A stretch of DNA of 64,000 bases from Scyliorhinus canicula. Taxonomy: Eukaryota. Shown here in pieces: positions 37,968-50,664 of the stretch. The stretch spans positions 81,261,072 through 81,325,071 of the forward strand of contig NC_052154.1 in the NCBI RefSeq assembly GCF_902713615.1. The letters run 5' to 3'. The first letter of the stretch is position 1. Each line of letters begins with the position of its first letter. Position numbers and translations under genes: made by a program. The notes under the pieces are model-generated. The model searched no databases. It was not told the DNA's origin and worked only from the letters and a program-made list of their open reading frames with translations.

Positions 37968-40900
37968 ACCTTGCCCTTATCTTCCTTTACTCCGTCAATC
38001 TCCCTCGCCGCCTCTTGCTTCCTCAACTGGTGGTCCAACATCTTGCTCGCCTTCTCCCTGTACTTGTACACTGCCCCTCTGGCCCTCTGTAGCTGCCCCA
38101 CTGCCTTCCCCATAGAAACCAGTCCAGACTGCATCTGCAGCCTCTGCCTGTCCTTCAACAGTCCTGCTTCTGGGGTCTCCGAATACATCCTATCCACCCT
38201 CAGGATCTCATCAACCAGCCTTGGCACCTCAGCCCACTCTGCTTCCTCCCTCTGCACCCGAATTGAAATTAACTCCCCCCTCATTGCCGCCTTGACCACC
38301 TCCCACAACATGGTGGCTGTGATCACCCCTGCGTCATTTAACTCAACACCTCCTTATCCACCAACGGCTCCACATCCAGCATCCACTGTGAGTGATCCGC
38401 TCCCATCCACTCGCAAATCCATCCAGAGTGGCACGTGGTCAGAGATCACGAACAGAGACCAAATATTCTGAGTCAACCACCCCCACCAGCAACACCTTAT
38501 CAAGCACAAAAAGTCAATCAGGGTGTACACCAGGTACACATGGGAGAAGTATGAACATTTATTCATCCTCAGTCTCCTGAACTTCCATGGGTCCACTTCC
38601 ACCACCCCCAATGTGCTCCATGAAACCCTTCAGCTCCTTCGCCACTGCCAAAACCTTCACCGACCTTGACTCGACCAGTCCATGCGTGGTTCTATAATCG
38701 TATAAAAACCGCATCCCCCTATGATCAACTGGTATGAGTCCAAGTCTGGAATCTTCCCTAACACCCGCCTCATAAAATCTACATCATCCCAATTCAGGGC
38801 ATAAATGTTTGCCAGGACCACCTGCAACCCTCCAGCTTCCCCGTCACCATCACGAAACTCGCCCACAGAGTCTGCCACAATATTCTCCACCTAGAACACC
38901 ACCTGCCTATTAACCAAAACTGCCACCCCCCTCGTCTTCATATCCAATCCCGAGTGGAACACATGCCCCACCATCTATTGCTCAACCTTGTCTTGTCCCC
39001 TATGTTTAACTGCATTCCCCGCAAAAAGGTCACATCCGCTTCAGCCTCCTCAGGTGCGTGAACACACGTGACCATTTGAGCAGCCCATTCAGCCCCTTCA
39101 AGTTGCATGTGACCAGCCTGGTCGGCCTCTCCCCGCCCCCCTCCCCAGCTAATCAGCCATATCCCTTTTTGGGCCAGCCCCCAGGCCGTGTCACATGATG
39201 CTCCAGGCCCACCCTTGGATGTCCACCATTATCAATCCTTTTCCAGCTGTGCCAACTTGACCATACACTTGTCAAAACACCTTCCCCCACCCTTAAGCAA
39301 AATATCAGTCCCATCCCACCTCCACTGTATCTACATCCTGACAACCCCCACTTCACTCCCTTTAACTAGCCCGTCCAGCTGGCATGGTGGCCCAAGCGCA
39401 AGTCCTCCAACTTCCCTGCCACCCACAACTCCCCTCCCTCCCACTAACCATGCCCCCTAAAGAGCAACAAAAGGTGCACTCACCCTTGATGCTCCCCCAT
39501 GAAAAATGTGCCCTTCAGAAACCCACCATCAAAAACTCTTTAAAGGAAAAAGTTTTCAGGGAATAAACACACACACAAACTCCTCCAAAGTTCAATGTCC
39601 TCACTCTCCTCCCAGACCATTGTCCCTCATGAACTCCATCACCTCTTCTGATCTGCCAAAATAGTACTCTCTCTTCTGGAAAGAGGCAGACTGTGTATAG
39701 TACTCCTTTTTAAATAGCACAGCCATGACCCAATAAAATCCAGCTGTCCTCTTCACCAGTTCTGCTCCCAGGTCCTGGTACACCTGCAACTCGTTCCCAT
39801 CCCAGATGCACTTCCTAGTCTGTCTGGCCCATTGGACAATTCTCTGCTTATCCAGAAAACGATGCAACCGCACCACCATAGCCCTTGGCGTTCACTCGCC
39901 TGCGGTCTACTCGTCAGTGCACTGTGCGTGAGGTCAACCTTCAGGGCTGGTTAAAGGCTCCCTCCCTCATCAGCTTCTCCAACATTTTGGCCACGTGTGT
40001 ACCGGCCTCAGCATCTTTGATGCCTTCGGGCATCCCCTTGATCCTCAGATTTTGTCTTCTGGAACGATTCTCCAGATCCTCCACTTCCTCCTGCAGCTCT
40101 TTTGGGTCTCCCGCATCACCTCCACCTTGACTATTAACAAGGCGAGCTGCTCCTTGTTATCCTCCACCACCTTCTCCACGCCTGGCTCTGGGACTCCAGC
40201 CTCTGCTTCACTCTGTTGATACCCGACTTAATCAGCTCCACCACCTTAGCCAGGGCTTCCAATGCCTCTTTCATCTGCTGGCAGAACTTTGCATTTAGAA
40301 ACTCCACAAGCTGCTTCGTTGACCACTGGGTGGCAGGGAAGACCCCTTGCGCTCAGCCATCTTATCCTGTGATGCACCACGAAGGCTCTCCTGCTCCTTC
40401 TTGCCCCACTCCTAGTCCATGGATCCACCGCTAGCCACACCCGAGGAGTGAAACTTTCCACAGGCACTCTTGCACCTCTGCACTCAAATACTTCGGCCGA
40501 GAGCCACCAAATGTGCGACCACTCACTCCATGGCCGCCACGAACGTCAGTTTAAGCATTGACTTCATGTTCGATCCTTTCATTAAAAAGGTTCTGCTTTC
40601 AAACTTTCACTTGAGATACTTGAGCACAAAACCCGGTCTAATATTTCAGCGCAGCACTGCTCGAAGTTGGAGCTCTTTTCGGCACCTTAAACTGACCCAC
40701 CTCTGTTCTGTACGGTGGTCGCAAAGATCCCATGGGACATTGTCAGAGCTGAGCGTCGGAGAGCTGGCCGCTGACCTGATCAGTGTTTAACTCTCCATTG
40801 CTTCAGTGAAACCGATTCAGTTTTCGTTTCGGTTGGTATTATTTGCTCTTAGGAACGCACTATGTTTTCTTTCAGTACTCTTTGAACTTCCAGTGGCTGT

Positions 40901-41488
40901 GAAATGTGTTATATAAATATTAATCCTTCATTCGATTTTACAAGATTTTTATGCATGGTTGAATAATTCGTTACACGGCAGCCAATTTCCTCGAGTACTC
41001 TTTCCATTATTGCGTTAATCTGTGCGAAAACTGGGAGATTAATAATCTGGCAAAGGTATTTAATTTCGCATGTATTCTTCTGAAGGTGAACTATTTCTGT
41101 GTGGTTACTTGTATCAAGTTATCCTCTTTGCTTCCCTTCTCGAGGCACGGTGTCGAGCTGGGACGCTCACCATCTTCTCCCTCTGCCTAAACTTGCTTCC
41201 AAATTACCTGGAAAGACGTGAGCATCAGGTGACTGAGCTCGGATTAGTCCTGGCTAAATTAGGAATTGCAGTCGGGGCCTCGGAATAAGGATCTGGAGCA
41301 GAATGTAACGTTAATTTCCCCCTAGATCTCCCCGAAAAGGCTTAGATCTTCAACTGCTGCAGAACTCGGAGCATATGATGGGCCGCCACGATGGGCCGAA
41401 TGGCCTCCTTCTGCACTGTAAATTCTATGAAAATTCTATGAAATATAATACCGCACATAGAGGACATCTAACCAGACATTGTTAGACC

Positions 41489-41834
41489 GGGCAGCAGGGT
41501 AGCATGGTGGTTAGCATAAATGCTTCACATCTCCAGGGTCCCAGGTTCGATTCCCGGCTGGGTCACTGTCTGTGTGGAGTCTGCACGTCCTCCCCCTGTG
41601 TGCGTGGGTTTCCTCCGGGTGCTCCGGTTTCCTCCCACAGTCCAAAGATGTGCGGGTTAGGTGGATTGGCCATGGTAAATTGCCTGTAGTGTCCTAATAA
41701 AAGTAAGGTTAAGAGGGGGGGTTGTTGGGTTACGGGTATAGGGTGGATACATGGGTTTGAGTAGGGTGATCATGGCTCGGCACAACATTGAGGGCCGAAG
41801 GGCCTGTTCTGTGCTGTACTGTTCTATGTTCTAT
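41489..41834 (+). mobile_element. Young SINE subfamily copy
   Basis: Near-identical to the copy at 34338-34694. Confidence 0.93.
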
Positions 41835-42007
41835 TGTCTGATGCATGTGGCTTTGTGCGACACCCACGGGTTTCATCCGTCTTTATTTAGAATTAGAATA
41901 TGATTAATTTACATGTGCACAAGTATTGGATACCAAGTGACTGGGGCTATTTTGAAAATTTCTAATCAGATGCATAACCATGGCTATATTTTATTTAAAT
42001 GTCTTTC

Positions 42008-42311
42008 GGCCAACATGGTAGCACAGTGGTTAGCACCGTTGCTTCACAGCACCAGGGTCCCAGGTTTGATTCCTGGTTTGGGTGGCTGTCTGGGCCGAGT
42101 CTGCACGTTCTCCCCGTGTCGGTGTGGGTTTCCTCCCACAATCCAAAGATGTGCAGGTTAGGTGGATTGGCCACGCTAAATTGCCCTTAATTAAGGTGGG
42201 ATTACTGGTTTACGGGATAGGGAGGTGTCGTCTTAGGTGGGATACTCTTTCCAAGAGCCCGTGCACACTCACTGGGCTGAATGACCTCCTTCTGCACTGT
42301 AAATTCTATGA
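42008..42311 (+). mobile_element. tRNA-head SINE (older, CR1-type tail)
   Basis: Head catggtagcacagtgg, tail ttctgcactgtaaattctatga. Confidence 0.85.
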
Positions 42312-43554
42312 ATTGGTGAAAACCCATCAGGTTCGTCTTAGGTAATCAGGAGGTAACATTTATCTTCTATATAAAAGAGATGTAACACACAATTACACAC
42401 GCACAATAATCAAAGATTATTGCTGAATGCAATTGAAAACACGCATGCAAGTTGAGGAAGCCGATGTTTTGTAACTTTGGAAATGGCATATTTATCAAAA
42501 TTAAATTAGCTTAGATCCTGGTTGTATTTATTGTAAGGATATTTTAATTAGTATCGTCAGATTACAATGAAAGGATATAATTGGAGGCAGTTCCTTTAAT
42601 TGAGTAGTCGCTTGATATTGATGCAAATGAATGTGCATCTAAAACTATAGATATAATGCTGCATGTACTTGGGATATTGATGCTGACGGGCGATTAAATA
42701 GGATTTGTGTGTGGTTATAAAATAGAAATCAAGAATGAAATAAAGTGTATCATTTAGAAAACAATCTTCCATTTTGTTTTAATAGTCTGTTAAAGATTGA
42801 ATGATAATCTCTGCCTCTGCTGTTCACAATCACACAAGCTCCACATCTTAGCCTTTGGGAAAGAAGAGCACGTGATCGGATGCAGGCGGGAAAACAAAAA
42901 AGAGACACAGGAATCAAGGAACAAGTTGAAGGAACCACAATCGAGGTGGATGAATGCTTCATGCAGCATTCGCTTACAGACATTCTCCGTAGAATTTCAT
43001 GACACAATCTTCGTGTAACATTGCAATAGAAAAGTACAATTAGTAGTGCCCCCCATGTATAAAATTAGCTGAGTGCTTTTAATGTAATTGCAGTAACAAG
43101 AATGGAGAAAAGGCCATAAAGGAATCCTCATGTTGGATTTTTAAGAGAGCTGGCACATATCCTAATGTATGAACCTCGTCAAATAACGTTTTTTTTCAAT
43201 AAATTTGAATTGTTGATACTTATACGCATCACGTTACATGCAAATCTTTCATATGTATTTTACCCACACCTTTGGAACTGACAGGGAGAGATAATCATCT
43301 TCATAGAATTTAAATCTAAAATGCATTTTAGGGCCTTTAACACCAATCATTGCTGGATGTATTCCTGTCTCTGTCAATAGTCAATATAAAAAACTACAGC
43401 AGTTCAGGAAGGCAGCACAACACCAACTTCTCAGGAGCAATAAAGGGTGACCTGTGCAGCAAGTAACCATCCATTGCACGAATAAACAAAAACTGAAGGA
43501 ATGCTGTGTTGTTCACTCTCTCCTCTTTCAGACTAGACCTTAAACCAAGACGCT

Positions 43555-46500
43555 GGGCTGGATTCTGTGTAGGCTGATGCCGAAATCGCAAAACGCGATT
43601 GGGCAGAGAATAGGTTCTGACAGCAAAATCGCTACGGATACCCATTTAACGCAAAATCGCAATTCTCCGTCCCCTCGACAGTGGCGTCAACGCGGTCTGA
43701 AACACATGTACAGTAAATAGCATTTGCATGTCATTAGCGGGCCGACCCATATTCTCCAGGGCCTCTGTTATTCTCCACCTCCGATGAGCTGAGTTCCCGA
43801 CTTGAGTTCACTTTTGCTTTTAAAAATCATCAAACCCGAATCATGGCTGGTGAGGGAGAGAGGGAGGTGGGAGGACACAGAGAGGCGTGGCTGTGGTCTG
43901 CCAGGCCAGACACTGAGCAGGTCGGAGTGTGGGGGGGGAGGTGCTGCCAGAGCCGGGGGAGGGTAAGTGACAGGGAATGGGCCGAGTGGCCGAGGGGACC
44001 CCTCATAGGATGTGGCGGTGTCCAGGCATGAACCATCATTGCCACGGCCTGCAAGTCAGCCATCTTGCTGTGCTGCCAGGGCCGGGGGGTGGGTAAGTGA
44101 TGGGGAATAGGCCGAGTGGCCGAGGTGACCCCTCATAGGATGGGGTGGTGTCCAGGCATGGACCATCATTGCCACGGCCTGCTCACACCCCACTGGCCAC
44201 CCAATGTGGCCCCTGATTCTGCAGAGTCACAACGTCCGTATAGGTGCCCCAAACTCCACCAATCCCCCCGCACACGGCCGCCACACGCCAGGGGGTGGCC
44301 CACCCAATGGCAAAGCCCACAGTAGTCCCCATTGGGGCACCGATCGGGCTGCAGGGTATACCATTGGCAAGGGCAGCGCCAGCCAATGGTACACCTGGCA
44401 TCAGGGACAGGCAGCAGGGTCAGAGGCCCCTATGGTGCCAGCCACCTCCAGGGCCAGGGGTGTGGGGATGTGGGGGACATTTGGGGTTGGAGTCTGCAGG
44501 GTCCACCGGGGCCACCATGTAGCCCTGTGGACCTGGTTGGGCACAGGGGCATGCACCATGCTCCTATCAGACAATGGATATTGGAATTCAACAAGCAATT
44601 ATGGTCTTCCTGCTGGTCACCGCAGTCCTGGGTGATGCCTTGTGGCTGTATGAACTGGCACTGCTCAAGGAGGGGGAAGCTGCAGCAGCAGAGAGGGCAG
44701 CAGCAGAGTGTGCAGCAGAGGAACAGGAAGCAATCGCCCAGGATGGAGAGCGGGATACCCTACAGGCTGTGGAGAAGGAGGTACCAAGGAGATGCCACAT
44801 GAGCCCTTGTGTGTACCAGCAGTGCCTGTCATTTGAGCACCTGCTGGACCGGGCATGCTGTTGAAGACTCCAGCCGGTTAGGGAGACAGTGCAATATATC
44901 TGCCGGATTATGGCACACCAGGCACCGTGGGATATGGGGGAGGACACCTGCTCGTCGTGACCATCAAGGTGATGGTTGACCTGAACTTTTACAGCATGGG
45001 GCCCTTCCAGCTACCGAGTGGGGACCTATCTACAAGCTCACACACCTCGGTACACAGGTGCATCCGTGCCATCTTGGAAGCCGTTAGTTACCAGGCAGCT
45101 CAATGCAATATGGACCGAGCCTACCAGGATGCCCGGGCAGCAGGGTTTGCTGCCATCGGTGGGTGCCCAATGTCCAGCGGGTGATTGATTGGATGCATGT
45201 CCCTCTTTGAGCACCTGCTGGTGACAGGCCACTCTGCAGAAACTGAAAGGGGCTCCACTCGATGAACGTGCGGCTGATACGTGACCATCAGCTGTGAATC
45301 ATGGCCGTCTGCAGCTGATAGCTGGGCAATGTGCATGACACCTTCATCCTGGCACATTCAAAGATTCCTGACATTTTCGAAATGCACACTCCGCCCCCGC
45401 CCCCCGCCCTGGCTAGACAGTTGGCTCGTGGGCAACAGGGATTATCCATTGCGGTCGTGGCTGATGACACCTATCAAGGGGCCACTGCCTCAGGCGGAGA
45501 CCCACTACATCAATGCCCATACAGGAACCAGGAGTGTGATCGAGCAGTACTTTGGCCTCCTGAAGATATGGCTCAGGTGCCTAGACTGCTCTGGAGGATC
45601 CCTCCAGTGTGATGCTGAGATGGTGCTTGCATCGTGGTGGCCTGCTATGTCCTCCACAGCATCGAGCAGCAGAACAGCGATGTGCTGGATGAGGAGGAGG
45701 AATGACAGGCCTCGTCTGATGAGGAGTATGCGGGGGAGAGGGAACTTGGGTAGGACATGGATACCAGATAGGCAAGGGAGGCCGCATGAAGTGTGCACCA
45801 AGTCCAACGTGGTTAGGACACTTTGATCACCTCCAGATCCACCAACCTGGGGGGCCTGCTGGCCAGGGGCATGGATGCCGCATCCCACCCCACACCCTTC
45901 CCCCTGCCCCACCACCCCCTCGCCTGCAACCCTTTCTGTGATACATACCTGCCGCACTACGTGGTGTGGGCCCTGCATAGGCAGTAACACTGTGTCTGGT
46001 GCATGGGATGGACGATGATGACAACCCACTCTGCATATTGTTTGACAACGTTTGATTTCTGCACATGTTGGCACTTTCCACATCCACCTGATTGAACCCT
46101 GCATGCGAGCTGGCCATTCCATCACACAAATCCCTGGGGTGACAGTGGTGGGGACAGTTGTGGGGGGAGGGTTTGGAGCTCAGGCCACCCACAACGTCTG
46201 CTCATTCCACCTCCAACGTCCGACCATCAGCCCATTTGTGTGTTTAGCAGAGTGGGCTAAACAGCTGGCTTGTAATGCAGAACAATGCCAGCAGTGCAGG
46301 TTCAATTCCCGTACAGTCCTCCCCGAACAGGCGCCGGAATGTGGTGACTAAGGGCTTTTCACAGTAATTTCATTGAAGCCTACTTGTGACAATAAACTAG
46401 TATTATTTTTATTTGGATTATTTATTATTATTAGTGCCCCCTCTCACTGTGCCACTGTGTTACCCATCATGCTCACTGCCCTTGCCACCTACACCCAGGC

Positions 46501-46803
46501 ACGGTGAATGGTGACAGCTGGCAGTCTCCTTCCTGGACCAGGGTACAGGGTCGTCCACCTCTCCTCCAGTGCGTCCAGAAGTGTCCCCAGCTTGGCATAG
46601 GTGAAGCATGAAGCTGCTATCCTTGTTGCCATCTTGTTGGCTGGAATGGTATTTGTGTGGGAGGAGTGCAGTGTGCAATGTGGCTGCAGCTTGTCAGCCT
46701 GCTGAGTCTCAATCGCGAAACTGGCGAATCCTGCACCTTTTCCATTGTTATTGATTGTGTTCCACATGGTGCTAGACCCTCAACAGTAGCAGAATCGGTC
46801 CAG
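43555..46803. mobile_element. Decayed PIF/Harbinger DNA transposon (transposase on +, Myb/SANT-like ORF on -)
   Basis: Transposase remnants: VIDWMHVPL*AP...N*KGLHSMNVRL...NVHDTFIL (about 45170-45360) and LVGNRDYPLRSWLMTP...TRSVIEQYFGLLK (about 45420-45600). Myb/SANT-like N-terminus at 46489-46767 on - (CFTYAKLGTLLDALEERWTTLYP). Left end gggctggattct; imperfect right end cagaatcggtccag. Confidence 0.85.
46241..46410 (+). mobile_element. Short SINE with a different head and the second tail type, inserted in the Harbinger
   Basis: B-box ggttcaattcc, followed almost directly by aacaggcgccggaatgtgg...cctacttgtgacaataa. Confidence 0.75.
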
Positions 46804-47446
46804 GAACAGCACCAGTTTTGCTGTTGTGAAACTTCACAAATTTTGCACCAGCATCAGAGATGGAGTGTCTCGCCCCAAATGTTCCCGTTCAGTCACAAAT
46901 CACGTGGGAGTGACCAATATCCACGTTCTTGTATTATTTGAACTGGAATTCAATTTCGTTCATTTGAGACTTTTCCAAAAATGGTCACAGGAGGCAGTTC
47001 GGTGAAGCAACTCAGGAAACATTACTTAAGTTATGAATTAATACTTAACAGAGTAGGCCAGCGAACAGATGGGCATACTATGGCTCTTGCTTTCCAGTTC
47101 AGCTTAGGACACAGAGTGACATTTGGCTTCCGTTCCCACCCTGTAACTTCTGTTAGTCTTCTGCTTTCCTATGGACATCAAGCTCTGCAAATTTCACTTT
47201 CAAACTTAGTGCCACTTGCCCACTGAAAGCTGCCGTTTATTAACCCTTTCCAAACCATGACCCACTGCATGATGAACAATGTTATTGTTTCCCAATTGGC
47301 TTATGATCAATCTGTGATTGGTCACGGTGGGTGTGATCAGTTTCGAATTGGTTTCCTATGGGTAAGAGTCATCTGTTGATGTAATTTCCCACAGTCCCCT
47401 GACTGGTTTTCTAGGTGCCAGTTAGTCGTGGTACCATCCCTCTCGT

Positions 47447-47754
47447 GGGCGGCACGGTAGCACAGTGGTTATCACTGTTGCTCCATAGCGGCAGGGACCC
47501 AGGTTCGATTCCCGGCTTGGGTCATTGTCTGTGGCCCAAGACACGTTCTCCCTGTATCTGTGTTGGTTTCCTCCAAGTGCTCCGGTTTCCTCCCACAAGG
47601 CCCGAAAGGTGTGCGGTTTGGTCATTTGGACATTCTGAATTCTCCCTCTGTGCACCTGAACAGGCGCCGGACTGTGGCAACTAGGGGCTTTTCACAGTAA
47701 CTTCATTGCAGTGTTAATGTAAGCCTACTTGTGACAATAAAGATTATTATTATT
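47447..47754 (+). mobile_element. tRNA-head SINE, second tail type
   Basis: gggcggcacggtagcacagtgg head, tail gcctacttgtgacaataaagattattattatt. Confidence 0.9.
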
Positions 47755-48558
47755 AAAGTTTGTTTTGTCACCTCCTGCTAAGATCAAGGGATGTTTTAAG
47801 GTACCTTTCTCGCCCATTGTTTCGGATAAAGGAAGCATATAATCTTATTTTTTTAAATGACGTCTTAAACTCTTCTTGCAATTTGATGAATTGGTGCAGG
47901 CTCCTCATTATATCAAAATTCTCAGTTACTGCTTTAGAGGACCTGTCCGTTAACATTTGGTGTTGGGACTTGGATTGGGTTAATTTAATGTTAGAACAAA
48001 GAACAAAGTGGTAAAGTCGTTTACAACTTAAAAACCATGTATATCTAATACAGAATACTACAAGATACTAATATAGAAAGTTATAAAACAACTTGCACAT
48101 AAAGTTACACAGATTGATTATACAATATACATGTAAAGCAATACAGTAGTCACTGTTTAAAATGTGATGTTCCAAACAGGTCTCCTTATACCTTTCTTTA
48201 ATACATAGTGTTGAATAATAAAGATCTAAAAAGTAATTCTGTTACAGCTAGCCAAACACACTATCACAAAGTTTAACTCTAATGAAGGGTTAATGGTAAT
48301 TCTCAACAACTTATGAGCTGAACTAATGTAAGGAACATTTATTTTTGTATTTCCTGTCTCACCCATAAATTCCTGCTAACCTTCCTTTTCTGATAACAAA
48401 TCTGAGCTGGCCATTCAACCTTGAAAGGGGTTATCTGTACTTAACCCATCCATGGTTAGCTTTGTCCTGTCCAAAATCCCAAAATGCAATGTGCTGTAAA
48501 GTAAAGCTAAGATTAGTCACGTACTAAACTAATATTCACTCCCAGTTTAATCAGAATA

Positions 48559-48945
48559 TGTCATGTTAAGCACACTGAGATAACACAGAATGCAACTGGA
48601 TGCAGCTTTAACTGAAAGATACTCCAGACCTTGAAATTAGTTCAATCTGTTTTATTGAACCTGTCACACAGTTAGCACAGTTCTCTGTGAGTTTGACTCT
48701 GCTAACCTAAGTGATTTACTCTGTCTGACTGAACCAGACTAGCTCTTAGACACGTGCTGTAGGTGTTATGTGATATATACACCCTGACTCACTCTGTAGA
48801 TGTCCCCAGTGGAAAGAGATGGAGTGTGAATACCTTGTGCCTATTATAGTGGCAAACTACCCCCAAGTGTCCTCCCTGCTGATTGGTTATGTCCTGTTCT
48901 CTGTGTTCATTAGATGCCTGTTTGTATCTCATTATGTGCATGACA
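48559..48945 (-). mobile_element. Solo LTR (387 bp)
   Basis: Perfect 7-bp inverted termini TGTCATG...CATGACA and a perfect 5-bp TSD GAATA (48554-48558, 48946-48950). The minus strand has CCAAT (about 48884), a TATA-like motif (about 48845) and AATAAA (48651-48656) in LTR order. Confidence 0.9.
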
Positions 48946-49619
48946 GAATAGTATGTTGATTAATTATTATACTAAACAAAACCATTGATGGCCATGATTT
49001 TACCCAGTGTTGATGATATGCCTTCTTCAACTGCTGAAGCCCTTATCTTATTAGGGAGGGAGTTCCAGCATCATGATCGGCAATATAGTTCCACGTCAGG
49101 ATGGTGTTGGAGGGAAACTTTCATGTGGTGGCGTTCCCATGCATCTGCTGCCCTTGTCATTCTATGTTTCACAGACGTTGGTGCAGAAGATGCTGTACAA
49201 GGAGATTGGTGAGTTGCTGCAGTGTATCCTGTAGAGGGGCTATTAACTAGCACCAACTCAGCAATCAACTGGTACCAATACTCAGTTGGGTCCCACCAGT
49301 CCCCATTACAGCCTTTGTGCGAACATGGGCAAAAGTGCTGAATTCCAGAGGTGAAGTGAAAGTGACTGTCCCTGACACCAAAGCAGCATTTTAGTATGTT
49401 TGGTATCATAAATCTCTGGGAAATTGAAGTCAATGGTATTCAGAAGAAAAACTCTGCTGATTGGAATCATATTTAGGACAGAGGATGTGGCTGTTGGGGG
49501 CTAGCCATGTCAGTCCCAGAACATGACATCAGGCGCTCCTCCACATAGAACTCAACTGGCAGCAATCTTTTATTTCTTCATTCGTTCATGCGGACTGGTG
49601 GAACCCAACTGAGCATTGG

Positions 49620-49890
49620 TACCAGTCATTTACCAGCTCCCCCCCCCCCCCCCCACCCCGCCCCACATTTCCTCAATACCACCTGCCCCTCTGCATATCT
49701 TTGTATCATCTGTCAACTTGGCAACAGTTCCCTCAGTTCCTTCTTCCAGATTGTTAATGTATATTCTGAAAAGTTGTGGTCCCAAGACTGAACCCTGAGG
49801 TGCACTACTAGTCATCAGCTGCCATCCTAAAAAAGATCCCTTTGTCAGTTCCAGTATTGCTTCCGAAATTCATCTCCATCTTCCTAGAAC
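49620..49890 (-). mobile_element. CR1 RT fragment
   Basis: PQGSVLGPQLFRIYINNLEEG...KLTDDTK. Confidence 0.85.
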
Positions 49891-50129
49891 ATGATCATTG
49901 AATTCTCTGAATTGTCCTTGCGAAAGAGCTCTCACCAAACATATCACATGAAGATGATATTATATTAAATATTAATTTCCTTCCTCGTATTCCCTGATCT
50001 GCTCGCAGTCTTTGGCAAGCTTGATCACATCACCATCCCCAGTGCACTCCATTGTCGTCCAGGTGGATGGGGCTCCTCTCACGCGGTTCAATTCTTATCT
50101 ATCTATTCGAAGTCAGAGAATCAATTGTA

Positions 50130-50471
50130 ACATGGTAGCATTGTGGATAGCACAATTGCTTCACAGATCCAGGGTCCCATGTTCGATTCCGGCTTGGGTC
50201 ACTATCTGTGCAGAGTCTGCACATCCTCCCCGTGTGTGCGTGGGTTTCCTCCGGGTGCTCCGGTTTCTTCCCACAGTCCAAAGATGTGCAGGTTAGCTGG
50301 ATTGGCCATGATAAATTGCCCTTAGTGTCCAAAATTGCCCTTAGTGTTGGGTGGGGTGGCTGGGTTGTAGGGATGGGGTGGAGGTGTGGACCTTGGCTAG
50401 GGTGCTCTTTCCAAGAGCTGGTGCAGACTCACTGGGCCAAATGGCCTCCTTCTACACTGTAAATTCTATGA
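50130..50471 (+). mobile_element. tRNA-head SINE (CR1-type tail)
   Basis: Full HE1-like body and tail. A second partial copy lies at about 50535-50663. Confidence 0.9.
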
Positions 50472-50664
50472 TAAAACACCTTCTCCACCTGCTCCCTTAT
50501 TGTTACAACTAGTGCCTCTCAAGGTTCTCTACCACTGCTGCTAAACTAGCTCACTGCGGGTTCGGATAGCGTCCCTGGTCACTGTCCGTGGGGAGTTGGC
50601 ACATTCTCCCCTTGTCTGCGTGGGTTTCACCCCCACAACCCAAAGATGTGCAGGTTAGGTGGAT

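Larger units (their letters stand above)
27183..40547 (-). mobile_element. Old L1-clade LINE (L1-c) hosting nested insertions
   Basis: Collinear minus-strand pieces: 3' end at about 27183, RT pieces at 28020-28794, 29273-29628 and 35627-36170, APE at 37970-39100, ORF1 at 39600-40250, and 5' end (rc gacgttcgtggcggccatgg) at 40547. The reading continues across each insertion. Confidence 0.8.

Noticed and set aside
41070-41290. ORF and splice-like signals in a unique island
   Set aside because: All minus-strand frames stop quickly and there is no recognisable homology.
42621-42628. Ig octamer ATGCAAAT (also at about 52304)
   Set aside because: About two or more such hits are expected by chance in 64 kb, and neither is next to a leader exon.
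47768-47956. Minus-strand protein-like ORF (AVTENFDIMRSLHQFIKLQEEF)
   Set aside because: No recognisable domain, a weak acceptor, and no partner exons.
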